Below, piece by piece: positions 28,201 through 42,480 of a stretch of DNA of 64,000 nucleotides (positions are counted from its first letter, which is position 1; each line of letters begins with the position of its first letter). The translations under genes and the position numbers were made by a program. The notes under the pieces were generated by a model, which saw only the letters and a program-made list of their open reading frames with translations, had not been told where the DNA came from and ran no database searches. The DNA comes from Mobula hypostoma (Eukaryota). The DNA lies in contig NC_086108.1 in assembly GCF_963921235.1 (NCBI RefSeq), forward strand, positions 40,116,001-40,180,000, given 5' to 3'.

Positions 28201-29065
28201 TGTTACGTACCCCGTAACTGGGTTGCCAAACCAGCAGAAATGGATCACTCCGTTGGAGTCTGGATTACTAGAACTAAGAAAGTTTTATTAAAGAAACAAG
28301 CAACACAGTACTCTAATCAAAAGGATAATAAATGCAACAGTTCAGCAATGATAAACACACATGTACACAGAATTAAGATAACAGGATTAATCAAGCTCTA
28401 TCGTTGTCTAGGGGTAAATGACCAATTTCAAAGTGACGCAAAGTTCAGTTCAATTTAGTTCAGTTCAGTTCGCAGTAATCGCTGCCGTGGCGATGGACAG
28501 TGGGGGGGGGGGGAAGAGAGAGAGAGCAAAACGAATGAATATTCAAGGTTTCCAGACAGACCTTCGCAGTCAGCTTTCGGGCGAGTCCTTTGTGATGTTA
28601 TCTGAGGGCACCGACCGTGACCCCTCCGTTTCCAGATACGATCGTTTCCCTGCGCTGAACCTGGCACCCAGGCAAGGGTGGACACACACCAGGTTCCTGC
28701 CGATCGTGCCTTTCCACCCTGTGCGTTTATGGCCCGGTACTTCCCACCGAATTGTGAGAGGCGCACCGCTTCCAGGGTCTTGTTACCTCGGGTGTCATGT
28801 GTGTCCTGCCTTAGCGAACCTGTCCCCTTTTATCCCCCTGCTGGGGTATCGCCTGTCCATCACTTCAAACAGTTCAGGGTTCAAAGGGGGAGCCGCTCTT
28901 GACAGCTCCCTCCTTCTGTTACTCTCTCTCCCGTCCCTTCATTACACATCTCCAAATGCTGCTCCATTGTTTTCCTTATCTCTCTCTCTCCTGAAGACAG
29001 GTGGCAGACCAACTGCTGATCACATAGGACAGCTAACATCTTAATCTAAGTGTATTCTTGTCACA
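28201..29065 (-). mobile_element. Solo LTR (865 bp), Gypsy/ERV-like
   Basis: TGTTAC...GTCACA termini, perfect 4-bp TSD ATGC (28197-28200, 29066-29069), CpG-rich, AATAAA on minus; inserted in a CR1 remnant. Confidence 0.88.
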
Positions 29066-29404
29066 ATGCTAAGAGATTGTTTCACTTGGTGAGCTATGTG
29101 GAGATCGAGATAACGATGTCAGTGTAAGGAGATGGCCATTTATCACTGAGGCCATGGAGTATTGTAAATTCTAAAGTTCCTCTGCTACCAAGGGCTGCTG
29201 TGTTCTGGCATAGAGTTATTTCTAGGCTGAGATTGATATTTAATTATTTATTCAGAGATGTAGCATAAGTTTGGAATGCAGATAAATCAAGGCAAGTGGG
29301 GTTCAGGAGTTAAAGAGGAAGAATAATATCTACCACAATATTATCATGTGGTAATTCAGGCTCAAAAACGTACACCTACTCCTAATTCCTTTGTCTCACA
29401 ATTT

Positions 29405-29580
29405 CATAGCGGTCACTGCTATGCCTCATAGCTCCAGAGAGTTGGATTCAGTCCTGACCTTGATCACTAACTGTGTGGAGTTCGCATGATCTTTCAGTGA
29501 CCTTGTGTGTTTCCTCTCAATGCTCCACTTCCCCTGACATCTCAAAGATGTTGGCCAGCTTATCGGCTATTGCAGTTGAT
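29405..29580 (+). mobile_element. HE1-like V-SINE fragment
   Basis: Resembles 2755-2950 (ctgtgtggagttcgcatg, ctccacttcccctgacatctcaaag). Confidence 0.5.
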
Positions 29581-32254
29581 GGGCACACGTGATCAATATG
29601 GGCAGCCTCCACATTATGTCCATTTGGTTGTGATCACGAGAGTTCAAAAACAACTCCTCAAAAATTTGAGATGTGGAATAAAACTCGCTCTGAGAGAAAC
29701 ATGGGAAAAGTAGCTAAATAAGCACATTTTTCCAACTCTCGGTATACATATTACAAATATCAGAGGACTTTGTGTTATGGAAAACCATGTTATGGGCTTT
29801 TTCCTTGGACAGCAATCCTTCTGCACAGATAAACAAATTGGAAGTGGGACTGATGGGAGTGTTCAGATTTGATAGCCTGAATGGCTTCCTCTGAACTAAG
29901 CAATAGATATGAAAATGCAATTATATTCCCTCATAGCAATCCATGGCATGTGACCTTCTGAAGCAAGAATAATGAGAGAGTTACCGTAAGGAAAGCTTTT
30001 CAAACGGTCTTTCACATCAATCATAATCAAGCTGAAACTATAAGATAGTCAGATTATTTTTGTCTCTTTCTGGATTTGTTATTTGAAGCTTTGGGGGGGT
30101 TTCTTCATTATGAAACAAATTTCTCCTTGGTGTGTATGTCTGTGGTAATTCTGCGAGATGTTTTAAGTTCCTTCTTCTGGAGTAGTGCATGGGAAGGAAG
30201 TACTTGTGACGAAAGAAAGATTTCAACTCTGCACCCTGCACTAATTGCTTCACTCTCTCACGAGCACGTCAGTAGTCAGTGTTAATAAAATGCCAGAGGC
30301 AGGAACTAAAAAAAACATACTGGACCAGTGTTACTGAAATCACTTCATTAGCAAGAGGCATGTTTATTTTGCAGACGACAAGGGTTAGTTTGAAGAGCTA
30401 TATGTAAGGGTGATAGTCTCACATCACCGAGGTGTTGTGAAATCACAGTGCACTAGCAACCAATGCAAAATCAAAATTGTAAGTACTGTTTTCAATTTTT
30501 AATGGCCTGTCAACTCTTCAGTCACCTATGTTGTTTGTATGCTTTCCAATGCAGATGGATAAAAGCACAGACCATACATCAAATGGTTGCATAAAACAGA
30601 ATACCTTGTTAGACTACACAGTCCCAATCAGAATATTAATGTTACACTGGTGCTTGGGGTGGCTGGAATCAATAGATTTTTAAACACTAATGCCTACAAA
30701 TTAAATCATATAATGCCTGTCTTTTTATGTGGAAAATTCAGATATACGTATACGATTTAACCTTGGATAAATTGCCTTAATGATCATATTCAACAAAAAT
30801 TGGACTAGGCACGAGTGAGCACTTTCCAAGTTACTACATCAGATCTTTTCCTGACATCAATTTAAAGTTCACCACTGTGACATCAAAGTTTTACTGACAA
30901 TGTCTGCCAAACCCATTTTTAATAGCTCAGTTTAGATGTGTGTAGATCACTGGAAGTTCTCTTGATGATAATGCTACAGACCTGACTGCAAGATGGTGTG
31001 ATATCTGTTAACGTGGCCATTCCAGCATCCTGCTCCATCCCTGTTTTCCCTCTCATCCATGGCAGCTTTTCCTATGGCTGGACCATGATGCTGTTGCAGA
31101 GAAGTTTGTTAATGCCTGACATCCTTCCCAATGGCCACTGTGGAAATGAGGCTGTCATTGCAATCTCTCATCCCATAGGAATCTGGCTGAAAAGCACCCT
31201 GACGACTTTACCATGCTTTTCCATAACTTGGCATTAATAACACATGTACAGTAGCTCTTGACTAGCAGCTTCTTCGCTTCCATCATCAGATCTCTGAATG
31301 GTTCATGAACCCTACTTCATCATTCATTCTTGTTGCACTTCCTTTTAGTTTATGGTAATTTTATGTCTTTGCACTGAACAGTTGCCACACAACATCAAAT
31401 ACGTGTCTGGTAAGTCTATGGACTTGCCAGAATCAGTGAGTCCAGGGATCAGTGGGGAAGTAGACTTGAATTAGTCCAATGCCCATTACCAGATCAGCCA
31501 TGAATGGTGGAGCAGTCTCAACAGGCCAGATGGCCTACTCCTGCTCCTGTGTCTAATGTTCTGAAGTAATTCCATTTAATAAGGTTATGTAAACATTATC
31601 TGCTGCCATTGAACATTGAGGGGATGGGCACTGTGTAACAACCCTTCAAATGGTTCATTGTTTAAGGAGGAAACATCAGCGTTGATGCTTTGTTAGAGAA
31701 TGTATTGATTTGATGGTACAATAAACATTGAGAAAGAAGCCTGTTGGTTGTATTTCCTGTGTGTATTAGGAAGACAGTACATTTTTGAAATAAAATTGTG
31801 GGAGCAAACTTAATGTATTGCCTACATTAGATTTTATTGTTTTTTTTCTTTCGAAGGCTATAAAGGGGATCAAATGTGTGATGCCAACTGGTGTCATGAT
31901 TGGTTTGGTGTAATCCATCAGAAGATGCACATCCTGATGTGCAGCATATGATTTTGTCAATAAGTCCATTGAAAATCGTGTAGGGAAGGTCAGCCGTATT
32001 GTACAATGAGCACTAAAACAGAAGACTAACAAAGCATAAATATTGGCCCACCTGAAGCAAGCACTGCATTGAAGTTGTCTCCATGATTATCATCTATGGT
32101 TGAGATGTTGATTTTGCCAGTCAAATAATAACATAGTCAACAATCACAAGGGACTAAAGTTGCACATAAACTAACTCAAATTGCATTTGAGGTTGTGTTG
32201 TTTTTTGAATTATTGGTCCTTTAAATAAAACCAGCACACTGTGATTTTCTGCAT

Positions 32255-32772
32255 GAGGTACCTAATAAAGTGGTCACTGAGTGTGTTTCTCTGTGTTCAC
32301 AGTCTTCTGCTGCTGTAGCCCATCCACTTCATGGTTTGACATGTTGTACATTCAGAGATGCACTTCTGTCTACCACTATTGCAATGTGCTGTTATTTGAG
32401 TTGCTATCGTATTTCTGTCAGCTTCAACCAGTCTAGCCATTTCCTCTGACCTCTTTCATTAGCAAAGTGTTTTTCCTCACTGGATATTTTTATTGCACCA
32501 TTCTCTGTAAACTCTAGAGACTGTTGTGTCAGGAGGTCAGCAATTTCTAAGATACTTAAACCACCCCATCTGGCACTAACATCTATTCCACGGTCAAAGT
32601 CCTTTAGATAATTAGAATACACTACCTCCCCATTCTGCTGATTGGTCTGAAAAGCAACTGAACCTCTTGACCATGTCTTCACACTTAGATGCATTGTATT
32701 GCTGTTTACATAATTGGCTGATTAGGCATATGTATTAATGAGCAGGTATACCTAATAAAGTGGCCACCGATT
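32255..32772 (-). mobile_element. Degraded non-autonomous Tc1-like element
   Basis: Repeated end motif acctaataaagtggYcac at about 32260 and 32750; transposase N-terminal remnant GLSILEIADLL on minus. Confidence 0.6.
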
Positions 32773-33111
32773 GTTGTGGGTTTGCTGTGAGTCTGATCCT
32801 AGATCTTTCATCCTATCTCGCACATCCTGTCTTTCACCTTATGTGCTTCACAGATATTACTGGATGTAAGGGCTTGTGTATGAAAAAGGACATTTGTTAG
32901 AACTTTAGTAAAGTTTATAAGGAGAACTATGTGAATTGTAATTGATGGTGTGAGGATAATGGCAGCACCTATGTCCAGTGACATGGTTGTGTAATTTTGT
33001 AGTCTATATATTCATAGAATCTGATTCTGTTCTTTCCTTCAGGTAACATAAACTCATGAGTGAAGAATAAATTTGTACTGTATTTGTCGAGTTATTTGGT
33101 TGCTCCAGAAA

Positions 33112-35580
33112 CTGACCATAAGCTATAGGAGCAGAATTAAGCCATACAAATCATCGAGTCTGCTCTGCCATTCCACCATGACTGATCCTGGATCCCACTC
33201 AACCCCATACACCTGTTATCTCACCATAACCTTTGATGCCCTGACCAATCAGGAAACTATCAATTTTTGCTTTAAATATACCCATGGTCTTGGCCTCCAC
33301 CACAGTCTGTGGAAGATCATTCCACAGATTCACTACTCTCTGGCTAAAATAAATCCTCCTTAACTTTGTTCTAAAGGGTTGCCCCTCAATTTTGAGATTC
33401 TGCCCTCTAGTTTGGACACCCCCACCATAGGAAATGTTCTCTCTACATCCACCTTATCTAGTGAGTTCAACATTCAGTAGATTTCAATGAGATCCCCCTG
33501 CATTCTTCTAATTTCCAGTGAGTACAGGCCCAAAGCTGCCAAGTGCTCCTCACATGTTAACCCCTCATTCCCAGAATCATCCTCGTGAACCTCCTCTGGA
33601 CTCTCTCCAATGACAACACACCCTTCCTGAGATATGGGGCCCAGAACTGTTGACAATACTCCAAGTGCGGCCTGACCAGCTTCTCCTTGTTTTTATATTC
33701 TACTGTCCTTGAAATAAATGACAACATTGCATTTGCTGCCTTTTCTACAGACTCAACCTGTAAATGAACCATCTGGGAATCCTGCATGAGGACTGCCAAG
33801 CCCTTTTGCACCTCTGATGTTTGAATTTCTCCCCATTTAGATAATTGTCTGCACTTTTGTTTCTTTTACCAAAATGCATTATCATACATTTCCCAACATA
33901 CGTTTCCCAACATATGCCACTTTTTTGCCCATTTCTCTAATTTAAGTCCTTATACAATTGTATTGCTTCCTTAGCACTACCTATCGCTTCACCTATCTTT
34001 ATGTCATCTGCAAACTCTGCCCCAAAGCCAACAATTTCATTATCTAAATCATTAACAAACAATGTGAAAAGTAACGGCCCCAGTACTGACCCCTGAGGAA
34101 CACCACTAGTCACTGGCAGCCACCAGAAAAGACCCCTTTATTCCTATTCACTGTCTCTTGCCTGTCAGCCATTCCTCTATTGATGACAGTATCTTTCCTG
34201 TAGTGCCATGGGATTTTATCTTGTTAAGCAGCCTCATTTGTGGCACCTTATTAAATGCTTTCTGAAAATCCAAGTAAATGACATCAACTGCCTCTCCTTT
34301 GTCCACCATGCTTCCTACTTCCTTGAAGAACTCTATCAGATTTATCAGGCAAGATTTCCATTTACAGAAACTATATTGGCTTTGACTTATTTTATCATTA
34401 GTCTTCAAGTATTCCCAAACCTCATCCTTAATAATGGACTCCAGGACTTTCCCAGCCACTAAGGTTAGACTAACTGGCCTATAATTTCCTTTCTTTTACC
34501 TTCCTCCCTTCTTAAAGAGTGGAGTTGTGCTTCTCCCTCTCAAATTGCAGTATGAATTCAAACATATTATGATCACTGACTCCTAAGGGCTCCTTTACCT
34601 TAAACTCCATAATAAAATCTGGATTATTACACAACACCTAATCTAAGCTAGCCTTTCGCCAAGTAGGCTGAAGCATAAATTGCTCTAAAAAGCCATCTCA
34701 TAGGCATTCAACAAATTCCCTCTCTTGTGATTCAACAGCAACCTGTTTTTCCCAATCCGCTTGCGTATTGAAGTCCCCCATTACAATTGTGACATTACGT
34801 TTATTACTTTCCCTTTCCAGCTCCCTTTGCAATCTCAACCCCACATCATAGCTACTATTTGGAGGCCTATATATGATTCCCATAATGGATTTTTGTACCC
34901 TTGTAGTATCTTAACTCTGCCCATATAAATTCAGTACTCTCTGACCCTATGGCGCCTCTTTCTAAAGATGTAATTCCATCTCTTCTCAACAGAGCCATGC
35001 CACCACCTATGCCTTGCTGCCTGTCCTTTATATACAAAGTATATCCTTTGATGTTAAGCTCCCAACTATGGCCTTCATTTAGCCATGACTCAGTGATGCC
35101 CACAACGTCATACCGTCCAATCTCTAATTGTGTCACGAGGTCATCTACCTTATTCCAAATACTATGTGCATTTAAATACAACACCTTCAGTCCAGCATTT
35201 CTTGCCTTTTTGAATTTCGCCTCTATAATACAATTTAACTGCACTGTCTGTATTTGTACCCAGTCATTTGCTTGTCCTTCCTTACATTTATATCACACAT
35301 TACATCTTCTATTTGTAAACCTGCTGGCTCATCCTCAGCTCTTCCATACTGAGGATGATACGGGGATTCCCATACCCCTGCCATATTAGTTTAAGCCACC
35401 CCCAACAGCTCTAGCAAACATACCCGCAAGGATATTGGTACCCCTCGGATTCAAGTGCAACCGGCCCCTTTTGTACGAGTCACACCTGCCCCAGAAGTGG
35501 TCCCAATGCTCCAGAAATATGAAACCCTGCCCCCGCTTCAATTCTTCAGCCACACATTTATCTGCCACCTCATTCTATTC
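33112..35580 (-). mobile_element. CR1 LINE with ORF1 esterase end, endonuclease and RT; internally deleted
   Basis: ORF1 FLEHWDHFWGR...LHLNPRGT; endonuclease YLNAHSI, GITESWL, IYRPPN, MGDFN; RT IYLDFQKAF, LVRPHLEYC. Deletion junction near 34525. Confidence 0.92.
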
Positions 35581-37639
35581 CTATCCTCACTGTCAGCATA
35601 AAAAGAAAAAACACAGGATTTAAGAAGTTCCAGAAAAACACATGAATTGCTTAGGCAGAGGAGGCTACCAAGTGCTGGAAGATAGGATTAATACTGGTGG
35701 ACTCAACTTGTGGTGTAGATATAGTGGGCTGAATGGTTTGTTTCAGTGCCGTATGACTCTTAAAATGAAAGAGTTTATATTTCTTTCTTTATCTTGATGC
35801 CTCTGCACAACCTCGGTAAAAGAATAGAATCTCTGCTGATCTTTTACCAATGTTAATTGATGAGTGGGACTTGGTGGAATGTAGACCATGTTTGGCTTCA
35901 GTATGGTCTCAACTACATCCAGGCATCACACAGCATGCGAAGGAGCTCACTTCTTCCTCATTCCTTATTTAGCTTAGCTCACTTATGGGAGATTCTTAGT
36001 CTTGGCATGTGGACATTAAGTGCAAGGTCAGTATTTAATACCCACCCCAAGATGGTGAGGCGCCTTCTTGCACCACTTTTGTATATGAAGTGACATTTGC
36101 TGTTGTGTACAGAACTCCAGGATTTCCAGAATTGGGGGCCATAAGTGTAACATCGTCACGAAGAAAACAATTAAGAATGATAGAGGAATTTCTTTACACA
36201 GAGACTGTAGAGAAAGTGCAGGCTGCTACTAAATGGAATGGTGAAGACAATGATGCCTGTAGGGGATAATGAGACATGAAGGAGAATTCAATATATTGAC
36301 AACGTAAAATAAAGTGACCAGGCTCATGAAAAACCATAGAAATAAGGTTGGGCCAATTTGCGTATTTGTTGTAGTGTATGCTATGTGAGTTTGACAAAGC
36401 AAAAGTGGTAAACATCCAAGTCCAAGAATAAATGCAATGAAACATACTCGAATCCAAAAACAATCTCTGACAAACATGCAGAGCTTTCCACGCCTCTGAC
36501 CAAAATCTGGGCACTCTTCCAATTCCAGCTGAGAGCATGTATCTGACATAGGTAAGGAGCTGAAGTATGTCACTATGCCAAGTCCCGAACAGTGAGCTCG
36601 GTTTCTTTCATTGGTTCTGGGTTTTGCTCTTGCATGTCCTGTTAAGTTTGGTTTTCTGGTGGTTAGGTTTTACAGTGTGATTCATGTATTTTTCTTCTCT
36701 GAGAAGGTACTTTTTCCAAAAGCTACATTTTCCTACTACCCGTTAAGAAGCATTGGCAATGCCCAGGCTGTGAAACCATTTCGACCTGAACAACAGTCAG
36801 CATATTTTGAAGGGGGATTTAATTTGTGAGTATAGATTTAATAACTAAGAATGCTGAATTTGCTTAAGCTTAAATAATAAGAGCAGGATGGCTTATCTGT
36901 GCATCCTTTCTCAGAACTCACTTGTCTCTGTTTTCTCCTCATAAAGACAGAGGGATCTTTGGTGCATTCAGCATTCAGAGTTTTTGCTTCTTTTGTGATG
37001 TATGTTTTTGTCTTAGTTTCATGTAGATCAAGAAGTTGAAAAATGAGTGACATCCCTAACTAAGTCCCATTGTAACATTTAGTACTTGGCAGAATGGGAC
37101 CTCAATATTGCTTTTGACTGAAGGCCTTTGGTCACAATCCCTTTGAACTCAGGAGCAGGGCATGGCTGGGATGAAGGATGCAGTTTTTGGAGACTCTGTG
37201 ATACTGGCTCTGTGGGACTCTGATGGACTGAGAATGGTATGTGGAAATGGCATGTGTTCCTGCCAAATGGTTAGGAAATCAGGCTTGGCTTGTAACCTGG
37301 AGCGGGAAGCAAACTGCTGAAGGGTCTCAAAGGGTCAGGCAACATTTGTTGAGGAAATAGACAACCAGCATTTCGGCTTGACTCTTTTCAATTGTACTGG
37401 ATCTTGGACTGTTAACTGTGAGCTGGGGGATTGAGCACATTGCCAAAAGAGGCAATGTGAGAAGGTCAGATTCAGAAACGCTCTGCTGAATTTTTGACCC
37501 CTAGACTTTACAATAGGCAGTTGGTCCCGATGTGCTGGGTCTTGTGGGTGACAATACAGTTACCCATGCTGAGTAGCTTTCTCTTAATTCAGGCTTGGTG
37601 AGCAGAATCGGATTTCAGAGTGGACAATGAAGCCACATA

Positions 37640-38960
37640 AAACAACACATTTCATGACATATGCCGGTGATATTAAACCTGATTCAGATTCTGGTTCTAA
37701 TATTTGCTCTGTCTGATAATGGAAGGGAAGAAGCTTTTCCTGAAACATTGACTGTGTGCTGACAGGTTCCTGTACCTCCTCCTTGATGGAAGCAATGAGA
37801 AGAGGACGTGTCTTTGGTGATGAAGGTCCTCAATGATGGATGCCCCCCTTTTTGAGCATTGCCTTTTGAAGGTGTTCGTAAGCTGTGGAGGCTATTGCCC
37901 AGGATGGAGCTGGACGAGTTTACAACTTGTGCAGTTTTTTCCGATCCTGTTGTTACATACCTCATGGATATCTTGTGACTGTCTTATGAGGATGATATAA
38001 TGGTCTTTTGGAGGTCACCTGATGTAATTTTCCCGCCGATGTGAGGTCACGTGATGACCTGTTATCACCAGGTATATAAGTGTAGACCCCTGGTGACGCA
38101 GTTAGGTTTCTGGTTAGAACGTTAACCAGAGACTCCGCTCCGCTGCGTATTTGCCTTATGAGGCAGTTTCGATTTAAAACAGAGTTTTATGTTCTATTGT
38201 AAGGCACAAAAGTGCTGGACCGGCATTTTAACCAATTTCTGCCAGATTTGCTGATGCACCTTTTCAGTAGGATTGGAGAGTGAAGACAGGAACCTGAAGG
38301 AGTCATTCGACGGTTGAAAGGATCGACCATTATTGAATTCGTTCAAGAAAGAGTGATCTGCATGAAATAACCTCCGCTAAAAGTGGCAGAAAAGGCTGTG
38401 CAGGATCTAGTATCCAGAGGGAAAGATCAGTGCCTTTAAACCATTTAATTTCTGTTGTCGTGAATCCTGCAGATGAGGCAGGATCCGGCTGGGACTGGCG
38501 TGACGTTGTGTCTTCGAGGAATTCTTTACTTCAGGAAAGTCTCTTCTAATTGACTGTATAAATCTCCTGGACTTTCGAATTTACCATTCTAAGAACTGTG
38601 TTTGAATTTACCGCTTTAAGAACTGTTTTCGCATTTATCATTTTAAAACCTAGTACTGAGTGACGGTTTGTTAAGTGGCCGATAGCTGTTTACTTCTGGT
38701 TAAGATTTTAGTTTGTTTATTTTTTTTATATTGAGCAGAGTTGAATAAGTGTTTGATTGTTTTTATAAAACCTGACTCAATTCACTTCTATATTCATTGT
38801 TGCCAGTCACGTGACATTGTGCAGTTGCCCCTTCATAACAGATGATGATACACCAAGTTAGAATGCTCTCCTCAGGTCACCTTGAGAAATGTGTACATAT
38901 CTTTGGTGACATACCAAGTTTCCACAAACTCCTAATGAAATATAGCTGTTGTTTTGCCCA
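37640..38960 (-). mobile_element. Rex1/Babar-type LINE 3' end split by a solo LTR
   Basis: Reverse-complement match to 26700-27285; host sequence resumes at 38821. Confidence 0.7.
37951..38816 (+). mobile_element. Solo LTR (866 bp)
   Basis: TGTTAC...GTGACA termini; 4-bp TSD CTGT/TTGT with one mismatch; TATA-like ggTATATAAg near 38073. Confidence 0.8.
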
Positions 38961-40251
38961 AGGAACACACGAGGAATATAAAATAACTAATTATTCTTAT
39001 CATCTAAAATAGCAATATACTTTTGTATTTCCCTGTCAGTGTTAATAACTTTACATTTATTTGCATTACATTCTGTCAACATGTTCTTGCCTTGCTAATA
39101 CACTTTTGCAACCTTTTTGTTTTTCTCCCATTGCGTTTTAGGGAATGCGATGCTGCTCGCAAGCTAACAATTACTGCCCAGGCTTAATTGCCTTCAGGCC
39201 ATACTTTATGAACTGCACCTATCCTCATGATATTCTTTATTGGTAGGGAGTTCAGGTTTTCGACTCAAGAATGATGAAGAAACGGGGTCACGCTGTGATG
39301 GTGGTACATTTTTTTTGTGGATGGAATAAATGTTTAGAATGGTGGTCTGGATACCAATCAAGTGGGCTGCTTTATCCGAATGGTGTTGAGTTTTTGAGTG
39401 TTGTTCAAAGGTCAAGGTAAATTTATTATCAAAGTAGTATACATGTCACTGTATACTACCTTAGATTCATTTTGTTGAAGACATTTACAGGAGAAAAAGG
39501 AATATAATAGAATTTTATGAAAAACTATACCTAAGCAGACCAAAAATGATAAACAGCAATGTGCATAAAGAAAAATTGTGCAAGTAAAATAATATTGAGA
39601 ACATGAGTTGTAAGGAATCTTTGAAATCAAGTCTGTAGGTCATAGAATCAGTTTAGAGTAGTGGTGATCGGGCATGACGTGGATGGTGGGTTGCTGATGC
39701 TGATGATGGATGTTGGAGCTGTACTCATCCAGGCAAGTGAAGGGAATTTCATTAAACTTGTCAAGTGGTTTGTAGTTAGTATCAATGGGTGTGTCACAAG
39801 TGACAGGATACCCACCTCTGAACTACACTTGTGGTCGCTGTATTCATATTGTTAGCTTAACGGATTTACTGTGATTTTCGAGAAATTGATGGTGGGTGAC
39901 TTGATGATGGCAATGTTTATGAATCTCAGTGATAAGTCATGACACAGTGCTGGATAAGGGACTTTGATTTGGTACCCATATTTTCTTCAAGACCTACTTT
40001 CCCAACCAGTTCCAAATCATGAAAGAATTTGGTAGCTTATAATCTGTTCCCATGTGTTTGATATCAATTGAGTATAGTTGAGGATCAAGACGTGTATTCA
40101 ACCATTCACAAGATGCCACCTCCAGATACCTTTTATTCCTACACCACTTTCTGTGATTTTTGATAATTGGTGATTGGTTTATTATTGTCAGATGTACTGG
40201 GAAACAATATGCATGTCATATATTGTGGTAGTACAAAGGGGAAAGCAATAA

Positions 40252-40345
40252 CAGTCCTGCTGAAGGGTTTTGGCCTGAAACATCGATGCACTCTTTTCCT
40301 AGATGCTGTCTGGCCTGCTGAATTCCTCCAGCATTTTGTGTGCAT
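40252..40345 (+). mobile_element. Penelope pseudo-LTR fragment with mutated hammerhead core
   Basis: cagtcCTGCTGAagggttttggcctGAAACATCga followed by the family motif gatgctg.ctggcctgctga.ttcctccagcattttgtgtg. Confidence 0.7.
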
Positions 40346-40454
40346 TGAACAGAATGTAATTACTAAGTCAGTGTACTGCAGCTAGACAATAACGTGCATG
40401 GGCCATGAAGATGCAAATATGAGAGCATGGAGTTCAGCTTTATCATACAGGAGG

Positions 40455-42480
40455 TCCATTCAATAGTTTTATAACAGCAGACAGAAGTAGGTAGTATCTG
40501 TTTTCAAGCTTTTGTATCTTCTGTCTGGTGAAGCAGGGCACAGATAGAATAACTGGGTTGGGAGGTGACTTTGATTATATTGGCTGCTTTTCAAAGGCAG
40601 TGGGAAGGGCAGATGAAGCCAATGGGTAGGGATTTGTGGGGGTTGGCTGATTTTTATGATGGACTGAGCCGCATCCACAACTCTTAACGATTTCTTGCAG
40701 ACTCAGGCGGAGTATGCCATGTCAAATTGTGATGCATCTGGATAGGATGCTTTCTATGATGCATCTATAAAAATTGATGAGGGTCAACGGGAACATGTCA
40801 AATTTCCCTAGCATTTTGAAGAAATAGAGACACTGGTGTGTTTTCTAGGCCATAATATAGTATCTCTGTGATCAGACCAGGACAAGCTATTGATGATATT
40901 TATACCAAGGAACTTGAACCTTTCAATCATCTTCACCTCAGCAACAGTTATACATGTGTGCACTACCGTGCTTCCTAAAGTCAATGACCAGCTCTCATGA
41001 TTTGCTGACATTGAGCAAAACATTGCTATCATGCCACCGTGCCTCTTTCTCCTTCTTGAACTCTGTCTTGTCATTATTCGAGACCCAGACCACTGCAGTG
41101 GTATCGTCTGTGAACTTGCAGACGAAGTTAAAACAGGATCTGGCCACGTGGTTGTGAATATATAGGGATTATAGTAGGGGCCTGAGGATGCAGCCTTCTT
41201 GGGCGCCAGTGCTGAGGATAATCATGGTGGAGGTGTTGAGGCTTAACTGCACAGATTGAGGTCAGTTTGCCTGGAAGTTCAGAAAGGAGGTTCTAAGTCC
41301 TAGGTCTAGGAGGTTGGAGATGAGTTTCTTAGAAACTGTGGAATTGAAGCTGGAGCTGCAGTCGATAAATTGAAGTCTAATGTAGGTATTTATGTAGGTG
41401 TAGTTGTTATCCAAGTGCTCCAAAGATGAGGGTATGGCCAGGGAGATGGCATCTCTCTTGGACCTGGTTTTGCAATGGGTCAAGGTTGTCTGGGATGCTG
41501 GAGTTGATGTGTGCCATGATCAGCCTTTGAAAGCACTTCATGATGGTGGGTCTCAGAGACACTGAGTGATAGTCTTTGAGATACGTTGCTTTGTTTTCCT
41601 TAGTTACTGGTTTGATTGTAGTCTCCTTTAAGTTCAGGTTTAAGTAAGGAGAGGTTAAAAATATCTCCAAATACCCTACCATCTGACTTGTGCAGGATCT
41701 GAATATACAGCCATTCAGGCCAGATGCTTTCTCTGGATTCACTTTGCAAAAGACAGACCTGGCATCTGCCACAGTGACTGTGGGTACAGATGTGTCACAG
41801 GCTGTCATGATGGATAGTGTGATTTCATTGCCTTCTGTTCAAACCGTGCATAGGAAGAATTGAGCTCACTGGGGAGAGGAGTTATTGTCGATGATGCTGC
41901 TGACTTCATTTTGTAGTCATTTATAGTATGTAAGTCTGCCACAACTGACGGCTGCTCTGGGACTGGTACTGTCTCTTGGCATCCCTGATAGCTTTATGAA
42001 CCTTGTATCTTGATTTCCTGTGCAGTTCAGGGTCACCTCATTTGAATTCCATTGACTTGAATGTCTTTAGGGACTGGATTTCTTCGTTCACCCATGGTTT
42101 CTGTTTAGAGAGCACCCAGACTGACCTCTTTGATACTAGACCTCTACACACTTACTGATGAAGTCTGTGACAGTAGTGACATATTCATTTAGTTTAGCCT
42201 TAAATATGGACCAGTCTACTGACTCAAAACAGTTGTTTGAAGCTCATCTATTTCCTCATAGCAGCACTGCACGACTTTCTCTAGGGATCTTGCTTTGGTT
42301 TCTGCTGGCCTACAGGGAGAAGGGGCAGAGCTTGATGGTCTGATTTACCAAAGAGTGAGTGGAGTTTGGATTGGTAGGCATCGTTAATGGTTCACCTGCT
42401 ATGATGAACAGGCAGTAGGGTATTCTGTTGATCATGGAGTGCAGATTTCACATCTGCCTGGGGTGGGTTGTAGACCTCTG
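40455..42480 (-). mobile_element. Degraded Rex1/Babar-type LINE (endonuclease remnant plus RT)
   Basis: KVNPEKASG, DYHSVSLRPTIMKCFQRL, FIDCSSSFN, FKFLGINI on minus. Confidence 0.8.

Noticed and set aside
28418..29044. 208-aa ORF
   Set aside because: Lies wholly within a GC-rich solo LTR, antisense to its inferred orientation, with no recognisable domain.
36530..36680. PTPRC (CD45) signal-peptide exon expected from mammalian synteny
   Set aside because: The LVLGFALAC stretch has an in-frame stop just upstream and no ATG or suitable donor; no convincing PTPRC exon was found in the window.
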